From Dendrobates tinctorius (taxonomy: Eukaryota), in the NCBI RefSeq assembly GCF_039654945.1, contig NW_027361819.1, positions 6,324,001 through 6,388,000 on the forward strand: DNA of 64,000 nucleotides, given 5' to 3'. A program made the position numbers and the translations under genes. A model generated the notes under the pieces. That model was given only the letters and a program-made list of their open reading frames with translations, had not been told where the DNA came from and did not search any database. Positions within the stretch are counted from its first letter, which is position 1. Each line of letters starts with the position of its first letter. Below are positions 1 to 12,658 of this stretch, piece after piece.

Positions 1-497
1 TGTCCAGTTTTGGGCATCACATTTTAAAAAAGACATCAACAAACTGGAGCAAGTTCAGAAAAGAGCGACCAGAATGGTGACCGGTCTGCAAACCCTGTCT
101 TATGAGGAAAGGTTGCAGGATTTGGGAATGTTTAGTTTGCAAAAGAGAAGACTGAGAGGAGACTTAATAGCTGTCTACAAATATGTAAAGGGCTGTCACA
201 TTGTAGAAGGATCAACTTTATTCTCATTTGCACAAGGAAAGACTAGAAGCAATGGGATGAAACTGAATGGGAAGAGACACAGATTAGATATTAGAAAAAA
301 CTTTTTGACAGTTAGAGTGATCAATGAGTGGAACAGACTGCCACGAGAAGTGGTGAGTTCTCCTTCAATGGAAGTCTTCAAACAGAGGCTGGACAGACAT
401 CTGACTGGGATGATTTAGCGAATCCTGCTTTGAGCAGGGGGTTGGACCAGATGGCCCAGGAGGTCCATTCCAACTCTACGATTCTATGATTCTATGA
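1..497 (+). mobile_element. CR1 LINE 3' fragment (ORF2 C-terminus, 3' UTR, tail)
   Basis: ORF 74..418 (LSYEERLQDLGMFSLQKRRLRGDLI...WNRLPREVV) is a typical CR1 ORF2 C-terminus; ends in the CR1-type (ATTCTATG)n tail at 481-497. Confidence 0.92.
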
Positions 498-705
498 CTC
501 AGAGAACTGCCGCCAGCTACATCGCAGGGAGGGGGCTTGACGCCAGGCGCCACCTCTATGCCAATGCAAGAGATGGGAAAAGTTACAGTATGACAGGAAA
601 AGGTTAACCTGGGGGCCCCCTGACCCTTCAGGTAAGTATCCGCTCCTGATCTGCAGTGCGGGGTCCGGGGAGGACGTGGAGCAGCCGGTATCAGCCGTTA
701 CGTAC

Positions 706-815
706 CCAGCACAGTCTGCAGCGCGTAGAACAGGACCCCGAACACGCTGTTGGGCTGATTGAGGAGACTCTGCGGCCCCAGGACGTCCTCCACCAGCCCG
801 AAGCCTCGGCCCCAC
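706..815 (-). CDS. vkorc1: vkorc1 coding exon 2 (exon 3 is outside the window)
   Basis: TTCCAG|G acceptor and G|GTACGT donor, 110 nt; encodes [37 protein letters not shown], in frame with exon 1. Confidence 0.93.
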
Positions 816-871
816 CTGGAAGAAAGAAGAGCGGGCGATGAACCAGGGGAGAGCAGCGACCCCACAACACA

Positions 872-3800
872 CCGGGGCGCACAGAAGGGGCGAGGGCGGA
901 GACACGCGGGGCGCACAGAGGGGAGGACGGAGACACGCGGGGCGCACAGAGGGGAGGACGGAGACTCGCGCGGCGCACAGAGGGGAGGACGGAGACACGC
1001 GGGGCGCACAGAGGGGAGGACGGAGACACGCGTGGCGCACAGAGGGGAGGACGGAGACACGCGGGGCGCACAGAGGGGAGGACGGAGACACGCGGGGCGC
1101 ACAGAGGGGAGGACGGAGACACGCGGGGCGCACAGAGGGGAGGACGGAGACACGCGGGGCGCACAGAGGGGAGGACGGAGACAAGCGGGGCGCACAGGGG
1201 GGAGGACGGAGACACGCGGGGCGCACAGGGGGGAGGACGGAGACACGCGGGGCGCACAGGGGGGAGGACGGAGACACGCGGGGCGCACAGGGGGGAGGAC
1301 GGAGACACGCGGGGCGCACAGAGGGGAGGACGGAGACACGCGGGGCGCACAGAGGGGAGGACGGAGACACGCGGGGCGCACAGAGGGGAGGACGGAGACA
1401 CGCGGGGCGCACAGAGGGGAGGACGGAGACACGCGGGGCGCACAGAGGGGAGGACGGAGACACGCGGGGCGCACAGAGGGGAGGACGGAGACACGCGGGG
1501 CGCACAGAGGGGAGGACGGAGACACGCGGGGCGCACAGAGGGGAGGACGGAGACACGCGGGGCGCACAGAGGGGAGGACGGAGACACGCGGGGCGCACAG
1601 AGGGGAGGACGGAGACACGCGGGGCGCACAGAAGGGGCGAGGGCGGAGACACACGGGGCGCACAGAAGGGGCGAGGGCGGAGACACGCGGGGCGCACAGA
1701 GGGGAGGACGGAGACACGCGGGGCGCACAGAAGGGGCGAGGGCGGAGACACGCGGGGCGCACAGAAGGGAGGACGGAGACACGCGGGGCGCACAGAGGGG
1801 AGGACGGAGACACGCGGGGCGCACAGAGGGGAGGACGGAGACACGCGGGGCGCACAGAGGGGAGGACGGAGACACGCGGGGCGCACAGAGGGGAGGACGG
1901 AGACACGCGGGGCGCACAGAGGGGAGGACGGAGACACGCGGGGCGCACAGAGGGGAGGACGGAGACACGCGGGGCGCACAGAGGGGAGGACGGAGACACG
2001 CGGGGCGCACAGAGGGGAGGACGGAGACACGCGGGGCGCACAGAGGGGAGGACGGAGACACGCGGGGCGCACAGAGGGGAGGACGGAGACACGCGGGGCG
2101 CACAGAGGGGAGGACGGAGACACGCGGGGCGCACAGAGGGGAGGACGGAGACACGCGGGGCGCACAGAGGGGAGGACGGAGACACGCGGGGCGCACAGAG
2201 GGGAGGACGGAGACACGCGGGGCGCACAGAGGGGAGGACGGAGACACGCGGGGCGCACAGAGGGGAGGACGGAGACACGCGGGGCGCACAGAGGGGAGGA
2301 CGGAGACACGCGGGGCGCACAGAGGGGAGGACGGAGACACGCGGGGCGCACAGAGGGGAGGACGGAGACACGCGGGGCGCACAGAGGGGAGGACGGAGAC
2401 ACGCGGGGCGCACAGAGGGGAGGACGGAGACACGCGGGGCTCACAGAGGGGAGGACGGAGACACGCGGGGCTCACAGAGGGGAGGACGGAGACACGCGGG
2501 GCGCACAGAGGGGAGGACGGAGACACGCGGGGCGCACAGAGGGGAGGACGGAGACACGCGGGGCGCACAGAGGGGAGGACGGAGACACGCGGGGCGCACA
2601 GAGGGGAGGACGGAGACACGCGGGGCGCACAGAGGGGAGGACGGAGACACGCGGGGCGCACAGAGGGGAGGACGGAGACACGCGGGGCGCACAGAGGGGA
2701 GGACGGAGACACGCGGGGCGCACAGAGGGGAGGACGGAGACACGCGGGGCGCACAGAGGGGAGGACGGAGACACGCGGGGCGCACAGAGGGGAGGACGGA
2801 GACACGCGGGGCGCACAGAGGGGAGGACGGAGACACGCGGGGCGCACAGAGGGGAGGACGGAGACACGCGGGGCGCACAGAGGGGAGGACGGAGACACGC
2901 GGGGCGCACAGAGGGGAGGACGGAGACACGCGGGGCGCACAGAGGGGAGGACGGAGACACGCGGGGCGCACAGAGGGGAGGACGGAGACACGCGGGGCGC
3001 ACAGAGGGGAGGACGGAGACACGCGGGGCGCACAGAGGGGAGGACGGAGACACGCGGGGCGCACAGAGGGGAGGACGGAGACACGCGGGGCGCACAGAGG
3101 GGAGGACGGAGACACGCGGGGCGCACAGAGGGGAGGACGGAGACACGCGGGGCGCACAGAGGGGAGGACGGAGACACGGGGGGCGCACAGAGGGGAGGAC
3201 GGAGACACGGGGGGCGCACAGAGGGGAGGACGGCGACACGGGGGGCGCACAGAGGGGAGGACGGAGACACGGGGGGCGCACAGAGGGGAGGACGGAGACA
3301 CGGGGGGCGCACAGAGGGGAGGACGGAGACACGGGGGGCGCACAGAGGGGAGGACGGAGACACGCGGGGCGCACAGAGGGGAGGACGGAGACACGCGGGG
3401 CGCACAGAGGGGAGGACGGAGACACGCGGGGCGCACAGAGGGGAGGACGGAGACACGCGGGGCGCACAGAGGGGAGGACGGAGACACGCGGGGCGCACAG
3501 AGGGGAGGACGGAGACACGCGGGGCGCACAGAGGGGAGGACGGAGACACGCGGGGCGCACAGAGGGGAGGACGGAGACACGCGGGGCGCACAGAGGGGAG
3601 GACGGAGACACGCGGGGCGCACAGAGGGGAGGACGGAGACACGCGGGGCGCACAGAGGGGAGGACGGAGACACGCGGGGCGCACAGAGGGGAGGACGGAG
3701 ACACGCGGGGCGCACAGAGGGGAGGACGGAGACACGCGGGGCGCACAGAGGGGAGGACGGAGACACGCGGGGCGCACAGAGGGGAGGACGGAGACACGCG

Positions 3801-5585
3801 GGGCGCACAGAGGGGAGGACGGAGACACGCGGGGCGCACAGAGGGGAGGACGGAGACACGCGGGGCGCACAGAGGGGAGGACGGAGACACGCGGGGCGCA
3901 CAGAGGGGAGGACGGAGACACGCGGGGCGCACAGAGGGGAGGACGGAGACACGCGGGGCGCACAGAGGGGAGGACGGAGACACGCGGGGCGCACAGAGGG
4001 GAGGACGGAGACACGCGGGGCGCACAGAGGGGAGGACGGAGACACGCGGGGCGCACAGAGGGGAGGACGGAGACACGCGGGGCGCACAGAGGGGAGGACG
4101 GAGACACGCGGGGCGCACAGAGGGGAGGACGGAGACACGCGGGGCGCACAGAGGGGAGGACGGAGACACGCGGGGCGCACAGAGGGGAGGACGGAGACAC
4201 GCGGGGCGCACAGAGGGGAGGACGGAGACACGCGGGGCGCACAGAGGGGAGGACGGAGACACGCGGGGCGCACAGAGGGGAGGACGGAGACACGCGGGGC
4301 GCACAGAGGGGAGGACGGAGACACGCGGGGCGCACAGAGGGGAGGACGGAGACACGCGGGGCGCACAGAGGGGAGGACGGAGACACGCGGGGCGCACAGA
4401 GGGGAGGACGGAGACACGCGGGGCGCACAGAGGGGAGGACGGAGACACGCGGGGCGCACAGAGGGGAGGACGGAGACACGGGGGGCGCACAGAGGGGAGG
4501 ACGGCGACACGGGGGGCGCACAGAGGGGAGGACGGCGACACGGGGGGCGCACAGAGGGGAGGACGGAGACACGGGGGGCGCACAGAGGGGAGGACGGAGA
4601 CACGGGGGGCGCACAGAGGGGAGGACGGAGACACGGGGGGCGCACAGAGGGGAGGACGGAGACACGCGGGGCGCACAGAGGGGAGGACGGAGACACGCGG
4701 GGCGCACAGAGGGGAGGACGGAGACACGCGGGGCGCACAGAGGGGAGGACGGAGACACGCGGGGCGCACAGAGGGGAGGACGGAGACACGCGGGGCGCAC
4801 AGAGGGGAGGACGGAGACACGCGGGGCGCACAGAGGGGAGGACGGAGACACGCGGGGCGCACAGAGGGGAGGACGGAGACACGCGGGGCGCACAGAGGGG
4901 AGGACGGAGACACGCGGGGCGCACAGAGGGGAGGACGGAGACACGCGGGGCGCACAGAGGGGAGGACGGAGACACGCGGGGCGCACAGAGGGGAGGACGG
5001 AGACACGCGGGGCGCACAGAGGGGAGGACGGAGACACGCGGGGCGCACAGAGGGGAGGACGGAGACACGCGGGGCGCACAGAGGGGAGGACGGAGACACG
5101 CGGGGCGCACAGAGGGGAGGACGGAGACACGCGGGGCGCACAGAGGGGAGGACGGAGACACGCGGGGCGCACAGAGGGGAGGACGGAGACACGCGGGGCG
5201 CACAGAGGGGAGGACGGAGACACGCGGGGCGCACAGAGGGGAGGACGGAGACACGCGGGGCGCACAGAGGGGAGGACGGAGACACGCGGGGCGCACAGAG
5301 GGGAGGACGGAGACACGCGGGGCGCACAGAGGGGAGGACGGAGACACGCGGGGCTCACAGAGGGGAGGACGGAGACACGCGGGGCGCACAGAGGGGAGGA
5401 CGGAGACACGCGGGGCGCACAGAGGGGAGGACGGAGACACGCGGGGCGCACAGAGGGGAGGACGGAGACACGCGGGGCGCACAGAGGGGAGGACGGAGAC
5501 ACGCGGGGCGCACAGAGGGGAGGACGGAGACACGCGGGGCGCACAGAGGGGAGGACGGAGACACGCGGGGCGCACAGAGGGGAGG
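872..5585. repeat. 31-bp GC-rich minisatellite, about 150 copies, filling vkorc1 intron 1
   Basis: Unit GGGGCGCACAGAGGGGAGGACGGAGACACGC, very homogeneous. Confidence 0.98.
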
Positions 5586-5626
5586 GTAGATAGAGCTGTG
5601 TTCACACCACGCGGGGCCGCACTCAC

Positions 5627-5805
5627 CTGGACGTGAACACCTTGGAGCAGCTGATGGAAGGGTTAATGTCGCACAGCGCCCGGTATCCGGCGTCGTTCTC
5701 CCGGGAGGTCTCCACGTGATAGGCGTACACAGAGAGGGCGAGGCCCAGAGCGCAGAGCAGGAGCCGCACCGCCCGCTCCCAGCCCGGGACCCGCGCCGCC
5801 GCCAT
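5627..5805 (-). CDS. vkorc1: vkorc1 coding exon 1 (vitamin K epoxide reductase complex subunit 1)
   Basis: ATG at 5805, [21 protein letters not shown]...[20 protein letters not shown], donor AG|GTGAGT. The loop CDxxxxISCSxVFxSR resembles VKORC1 more than VKORC1L1 (CDLGPWVKCSAALASR). Confidence 0.92.
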
Positions 5806-5884
5806 CCTCACCTACAGCTGACGTGTCCGCAGCCCCAGTCAGGCACACAGCAGCCACAGGAAGAGGCGGGGCAAGGAGATCAAA

Positions 5885-6088
5885 GCATGCTGGGAAGTGT
5901 GGTCCGCAGGCGCCAGTCACGCGGCAACCGCAGGAAGAGGCGGAGCCAGGTGAGCGGAGCATGCTGGGAAGTGTGGTCCGCAGGCGCCAGTCACACGGCA
6001 ACCGCGGGAAGAGGCGGAGCCAGGTGAGCGGAGCATGCTGGGAAGTGTGGTCCGCATCGTGAGGCCAGAGCCATCCGGGGGCGGGGCT
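5885..6088. promoter_or_regulatory. vkorc1 promoter region: 74-bp tandem repeat with three ZNF143/THAP11-like motifs, plus a GC box
   Basis: GCATGCTGGGAAGTGTGGTCC at 5885, 5959 and 6033 (reverse complement GGACCACACTTCCCAGCATGC); GGGGCGGGGC near 6078; 80-280 bp upstream of the ATG. Confidence 0.6.
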
Positions 6089-6339
6089 ATCAGAGCGGAG
6101 CAGTGATACATTGTATCAGAGTGCGGGGAGGCGCTGGGTCCTAGCGCCGCCTGTCACCCGCACGTGGAGAGCCGGGAGCTGTACTGACTGTTCCCGGAAA
6201 CCATCAGCAGAGCGCACAGCCTCTATATGGAGGGCAGGCTACAAAAACGATCTAGACAGTATTTCATCTACAAAGGGAAGGGTTAACGACAGAATTTATT
6301 TTTTTATTTATATTGTATTTGTAATGTATGAAAATACAA

Positions 6340-7180
6340 AAACTCTTACTGTTTCTCTTATTCATTCTCGTCTCGACTATTGTAACTCTCTTCTAATCGG
6401 TCTCCCTCTTACCAAACTCTCCCCTCTCCAATCTGTCTTGAATGCTGCAGCCAGGATCATATTCCTCACCAATCGTTACACCGATGCCTCTACCTTGTGC
6501 CAGTCATTACACTGGCTACCCATCCACTCCAGAATCCAGTATAAACTTATTACCCTCACCCACAAAGCCCTCCATGGCTCAGCACCACCCTACATCTCCT
6601 CCCTTGTTTCAGTATACCACCCTACCCGTGCCCTCCGTTCTGCTGATGACCTGAGGTTAGCATCCTCAATAATCAGAACCTCCCACTCCCGTCTCCAAGA
6701 CTTTACACGTGCTGCGCCAATTCTTTGGAATGCACTTCCCAGGTCAATACGATTAGTCCCCAATCCCCACAATTTTAAGCGTGCCCTGAAAACGCATTTA
6801 TTCAGACTGGCCTATCGCCTCAACACATTAACCTAATCTATCCCTGTGTGGCACAGACAAAAGTTTTACCATAACCAGGTTCCCCGCATCATGTTCCCAC
6901 ATGCTTTATGCATCCATTAGCCCTCTGTGTCTGTACTGTTACACACTTAACATTATGGCTGGTCCATACAATCAGGGCAACTGTTACCACCCACCTTTCG
7001 TGTCTCCCTCTTTCCTCATAGACTGTAAGCTTGTGAGCAGGGCCCTCATTCCTCTTGGTATCTGTTATGATCTATGTGATTATTGTTATGCTGTAATGTC
7101 TATTGTCTGTACAAATCCCCTCTGAAATGTAAAGTGCTGCGGAATATGTCGGCGCTATAAAAATAAAATGTATTATTAAT
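6340..7180 (+). mobile_element. L2 LINE 3' fragment
   Basis: ORF segment SLIHSRLDYCNSLLIGLP...LQSVLNAAARIIF...LHWLPIHSRIQYKL...FKRALKTHLF is a typical L2 ORF2 C-terminus; tail TGTAAAGTGCTGCGGAATATGTCGGCGCTATAAAAATAAA. Confidence 0.9.
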
Positions 7181-7387
7181 TATACCTATTAGTGTTCGCG
7201 GCCACAAACGCCAGATAATAACGTAATGTGACCCAGAATGAGAAGCGTCAGCGACACCCCCGACCCCAGCCGGGGAGGAGGAGCGGCCGCTGAGACCCCA
7301 CCACACACCGGAGGGCGCAGCAACTAAAAACAAAAAACCTCCAATGTCCGAGATGAGCAGACGACCGGCAAGCAGCGGGAGAGACCG

Positions 7388-8995
7388 CCAGAAGGCAGAG
7401 AAGGCGCAGGGCCCCGGCCACTACAACCACCAGAAAGCAGAGGAGGCGCAGGGCCCCGGCCACTACGACCAACAGAAGGCAGAGGAGGCGCAGGGCCCCG
7501 GCCACTACGACCACCAGAAGGCAGAGGAGGCGCAGGGCCCCGGCCTCTATGACCACCAGAAGGCAGAGGAGGCGCAGGGCCCCGGCCACTACAACCACCA
7601 GAAGGCAGAGGAGGCGCAGGGCCCCGGCCACTACGACCACCAGAAGGCACAGGAGGCGCAGGGCCCCGGCCACTACAACCACCAGAAGGCAAAGGAGGCA
7701 CAGGACCCCGGCCACTACAACCACCAGAAGGCAGAGGAGGCGCAGGGCCCCGGCCACTACAACCACCAGAAGGCAGAGGAGGCGCAGGGCCCCGGCTACT
7801 ACGACCACCAGAAGGAGGAGCAGGGTCCCGGCCACTACGACCACCAGAAGGCATAGAAGGCGCAGGGCCCCGGCCACTACAACCACCAGAAGGCAGAGGA
7901 GGCGCAGGGCCCCAGCCACTACAACCACCAGAAGGCATAGAAGGCGCAGGGCCCCGGCTACTACGACCACCAGAAGGCATAGAAGGCGCAGGGCCCTGAC
8001 CACTACAACCACCAGAAGGCATAGAAGGCACAGGGCCCCGGCCACTACAACCACCAGAAGGCAGAGGAGGCGCAGGGCCCCGGCCACTACGACCACCAGA
8101 AGGCTTAGAAGGCGGAGGGCCCCGGCCACTACGACCACCAGAAGGCAGATGAGGTGCAGGGCCCCGGCCACTACAACCACCAGAAGGCAGAGGAGGCGCA
8201 GGGCCCCGGCCACTACAACCACCAGAAGGCATAGAAGACGCAGGGCCCCGGTCACTACAACCACCAGAAGGCAGAGGAGGCGCAGGGCCCCGGCTACTAC
8301 GACCACCAGAAGGAGGAGCAGGGTCCCGGCCACTACGACCACCAGAAGGCATAGAAGGCGCAGGGCCCCGGCCACTACAACCACCAGAAGGCAGAGGAGG
8401 CACAGGGCCCCAGCCACTACAACCACCAGAAGGCATAGAAGGCGCAGGGCCCTGGCTACTACGACCACCAGAAGGCATAGAAGGCGCAGGGCCCTGACCA
8501 CTACAACCACCAGAAGGCATAGAAGGCGCAGGGCCCCGGCCACTACAACCACCAGAAGGCATAGGGCCTCGGCTACAACCACCAGAAGGCACTACAACCA
8601 CCAGAAAGCAGAGGCGGCGCAGGGCCCCGGCCACTACAACCACCAGAAGGCAGAGGAGGCGCAGGGCCCCGGCCACTACGACCACCAGAAGGCATAGAAG
8701 ACGCAGGGCCCCGCTCACTACAACCACCAGAAGGCAGAGGATGCGCAGGGCCCCAGCCACTACGACCAAAAGAAGGCAGAGGATGCGCAGGGCCCCAGCC
8801 ACTACGACCACCAGAAGGCAGAGGATGCGCAGGGCCCCAGCCACTACGACCAACAGAAGGCAGAGGAGGCGCAGGGCCCCGGCCACTACAACCATCAGAA
8901 GGCAGAGGAGGCGCAGGGCCCCAGCCACTACAACCATCAGAAGGCAGAGGAGGTGCAGGGCCCCGGCCACTACGACTACCTGAAGGCAGAGGAGG
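7388..8995. repeat. 42-bp minisatellite, about 38 copies
   Basis: Unit CAGAAGGCAGAGGAGGCGCAGGGCCCCGGCCACTACAACCAC; one isolated copy reappears at about 9594-9635. Confidence 0.96.
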
Positions 8996-9001
8996 AAACA
9001 T

Positions 9002-9484
9002 GCAAGAAACACGGAGTGCGACTCCTCGGATAAAATCACAAAGATTAACAACCAGAATTAGAGAAAAGTATTATGGGAGAATACTGACAAGAGACATCGG
9101 TTCAACACAAATACAGCACCAACAGTGTGACTACAGGGATCAAGTCACCAGGTCATAACCTCATACGAGTCTTACCCATAACTGCCCTGCCCAAGGTGCC
9201 GAACACTGCGCCCCGACACGCGTTTCGCATGGGCTTCTGGGAGCTGTTGCGATCACTGTATGTCTTTGCCGATCTGATCTCTGGGGCCCCTCGCTTCCCA
9301 TTTTATGTTTGCCTGGCATTATGCTGTCCCACTGTTGGTGCTGTATTTGTGTTGCACCGATGTCTCTCGTCAGTATTCTGCCATAATACTTTTCTCTAAT
9401 TCTGTTAGTTAATCTTTGTGATTTACTTACGAATAAAAATAGTGATCTGATTTTATCCGTGGACTCGCACTCCGTGTTTCTTGC
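9002..9484. mobile_element. Fold-back element with inverted arms, possibly Penelope-derived
   Basis: 9002-9127 is an imperfect reverse complement of 9330-9484; the spacer carries GCGAAACGCGTGTC on the minus strand. Confidence 0.55.
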
Positions 9485-9751
9485 GCGTTTACAGGTTTGG
9501 TGGGAGTTCTCCATGGCTCGTGCCATCTGGTGGTTTGGGTATCACCTATGACCATTGTTTGATATGTTTTCTGTTACTGGGATTTTGTATTATCAGAAGG
9601 CAGAGGAGGCGCAGGGTCCCGCTCACTATGACCACAGGCAGCAGGACTAACAACGGGACGCAACAATCAGAAATACAAAGAGAGAAGGGAAAAGCAGAAG
9701 CGCAAAAACTGGCTGCAGCGAGAAAGGGTTAATGACTCAGGTCAGCGTCAC

Positions 9752-10585
9752 TCGCCCCAAAAGGAAGAGGGCACGATACCACCAAACCAAAAGGAAGAGG
9801 GCACGATACCATCACCGCCCCAAAGAGAGCAGGCACAATACCACCGCCCCAAAAGGAAGATGGCACGATACCACCAAACCAAAAGGAAAAGGGCACAATA
9901 CCACCACCGCCCCAAAGAGCAGGCACAATACCACCACCCCAATAGGGAGAGGGCATACCACCACCAAACCAAAAGGAAAAGGGCACAATACCACCACCGC
10001 CCCAAAAGGAAGAGGGCACAAAACCACCACCGCTCCAAAGAAAGCAGGCACAATACCACCGCCCCAAAAGGAAGAGGGCACGATACCACCACCCCAAATG
10101 GAAGAGGGCACAATGCCACCATCGCCCCAAAGAGAGCAGGCACGATACCACCGCCCCAAAAGGAAGAGGATCACAATACCACTGCCTCAAAAGGAAGAGG
10201 GCACGATACTACCGCCCCAATAGGAAGAGGGCACGATACCACCAAGCCAAAAGGAAAAGGGAACAATACCACCACCGCCCCAAAAGGAAGAGGGCACAAT
10301 ACCAACACCGCCCCAAAAGGAAGAGGGCACGATACCACCAAACGGAAAAGAGCATGATACCATCAAACCAAAAGGAAGAGGGCACAATACCATCGCCGCC
10401 CCAAAGAGAGCAGGCACAATACCACCAAACCAAAAGGAAGAGGGCACAATACCACCGCCCCAAAAGAAGAGGGCACGATACCACCGCCGCCCCAGAGAGC
10501 AGGCACGATTCCACCAACCAAAAGGAAGAGGACACGATCCCGCCACCCCAAAGAGCGAGAAAGCACGATACCAGATTTCACCATC
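9752..10585. repeat. Degenerate minisatellite of about 30-34 bp
   Basis: Recurring CCCCAAAAGGAAGAGGGCACGATACCACC units. Confidence 0.9.
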
Positions 10586-10608
10586 CCAGGCAAGCAAAGT
10601 GATACTAA

Positions 10609-10823
10609 TCATAGAATTTTAGAGTTGGAAGGGACCTCTGGGTTCCTTGTGTCCAACCCCTGCTCAATGCAGGAGTCACTAAACCATCCCCGACAGATGT
10701 CTGTCCAGCCTGTTTGAAGGCTACCATTGAAGGAGAACTCACCACCTCTCGTGGCAGCCTGTTCCACTCATTGATCACCCTGTCAAAAAGTTTTTTCTAA
10801 TATCTAATCTGTGTCTTCTCCCT
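10609..10823 (-). mobile_element. CR1 3'-end fragment, same family as the copy at 1-497
   Basis: Reverse complement matches about 270-495 (GACACAGATTAGATATTAGAAAAAACTTTTTGACAG...TGCCACGAGA...TTCCAACTCTA). Confidence 0.88.
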
Positions 10824-11286
10824 TTATCCGTTCCTCTAATGCCCCAGAGAGCGCACAGACCAGACTCCACTGCCTCATAGACATTACGATACCACCCCAA
10901 ATAAAGAGGCCACTATTCCAGAGAAAGGGGTCAGAGACTGATACAATGTCAGGAGGCCACAGAGCAGACACCACCTCCCTGATCGCACCTAAGATAGGCA
11001 GACATCATCATCTGCAGCGTTACCCATGTAATCAGCCAGGAATGGGGAGATCAGCGCCATCATGCAACAGAAAATTACCTCAATCTAATGCCCTGATAAC
11101 AGAGGACAACAGCTGCTCCTCAGCGTCTCTCCGCAGGTTCTTCTCTTGCTCCTCTTTCATAGATCAGACTCCAGTAAATAAATAAGACTTTATTTCCAAA
11201 TAATGAAAAATCAGAATCGGCCCCATCCTCAGCGCTGTGACCACAGCCAGGAAAGTGCAAGTGATGAGCAGGTTGGAGAGGATAAT

Positions 11287-12349
11287 GCAGAGCTCAGTCC
11301 CCAATGTAGCCAGCGGCTGCAGAGCTCAGTCCCCAATGTAGCCAGCGGCTGCAGAGAGCGCAGAGCTCAGTCCCCGATGTAGCCAGAAGCTGCAGAGAGA
11401 ACAGAGCTCAGTCCCCGATGTAGCCAGCGGCTGCAGAGAGCACAGAGCTCAGTCCCAGGTGCAGCCAGCAGCTGCAGAGAGCGCAGAGCTCAGTCCCCGT
11501 TGCAGCCAGCAGCTACAGAGAGCGCAGAGCTCAGTCCCCGTTGCAGCCAGCAGCTGCAGAGAGCGCAGAGCTCAGTCCCCGTTGCAGCCAGCAGCTGCAG
11601 AGAGCGCAGAGCTCAGTCCCCATTGCAGCCAGCAGCTGCAGAGAGCGCAGAGCTCAGTCCCCGTTGCAGCCAGCAGCTGCAGAGAGCGCAGAGCTCAGTC
11701 CCCGTTGCAGCCAGCAGCTGCAGAGAGCGCAGAGCTCAGTCCCCGTTGCAGCCAGCACCTGTGGAGAGCGCAGAGCTCAGTCCCCGTTGCAGCCAGCAGC
11801 TGTAGAGAGCGCAGAGTTCAGTCCCCGTTGCAGCCAGCAGCTGCAGACAGTGCAGAGCTCAGTCCCCGTTGCAGCCAGCAGCTGTAGAGAGCGCAGAGTT
11901 CAGTCCCCGTTGCAGCCAGCAGCTGCAGACAGTGCAGAGCTCAGTCCCCAGTGTGGTCAGTGGCAGCAGAGAGCGCAGAGCTCTGTCTCCAGTGTGGCCA
12001 GTGGCAGCAGAGCGCAGAGCTCAGTCCCCGGTGTGGTCAGCGGCAGCAGAGAGCGCAGAGCTCAGTCCCCGGTGTGGTCAGCGGCAGCAGAGAGCGCAGA
12101 GCTCAGTCCCCGGTGTGGTCAGCGGCTGCAGAGAGCACAGAGATGTCCCCGATGTAGCCAGCGGCAGCAGAGAGCGCAGAGCTCAGTCCCCGGTGTGGTC
12201 AGCGGCTGCAGAGAGCACAGAGATGTCCCCGATGTAGCCAGCGGCTGCAGAGAGCGCAGAGCTCAGTCACCGATGTAGTCAGCAGCTGCAGAGAGCACAG
12301 AGCTCAGTCACCGGTGTAGTCAGCAGCTGCAGAGAGCACAGAGCTCAGT
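11287..12349. repeat. 41-bp minisatellite, about 26 copies, in the probable mapk7 3' UTR
   Basis: Unit GCAGAGCTCAGTCCCCGTTGCAGCCAGCAGCTGCAGAGAGC. Confidence 0.95.
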
Positions 12350-12504
12350 GTAGGTTCATTGATGGCTGCAGATGTTGAGTCCGTGCGTTGACCGATGTGC
12401 GGTGCGGCCGCTGCGTCTCATGCAGGGCGCTTACACATACAAATTTCGCCCCTTGTCATAACATTAAGTGTCGCGATGATAATGACCGTCTGGCCGTTCC
12501 ACAA

Positions 12505-12658
12505 TCATCCATCATGGAGGTCGGGGATATCAGACAGGCTCATGGGAGATCCCAGCTGTAGGTCCTCCTGGAGGGAGGCCATGTCTGCGGGGTTCATACG
12601 ATGAACATCCAGCCAGTCAGCCAGCAGCGACGCTGACAGCGGAGTGGAGTCAACCAGG
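12505..12658 (-). CDS. mapk7: mapk7 last coding exon
   Basis: TTCCAG| acceptor; SLVDSTPLSASLLADWLDVHRMNPADMASLQEDLQLGSPMSLSDIPDLHDG* matches the ERK5 C-terminal activation region. Confidence 0.93.

Noticed and set aside
492-5636. Giant repetitive ORFs (up to 1625 aa) on both strands
   Set aside because: Read-through of a stop-free 31-bp unit inside vkorc1 intron 1; every frame gives the same circularly permuted peptide.
7248-9051. Membrane-like or Pro/Gly-rich ORFs
   Set aside because: Translations of the 42-bp minisatellite; the plus-strand QKAEEAQGPGHY frame has recurring TAG variants.
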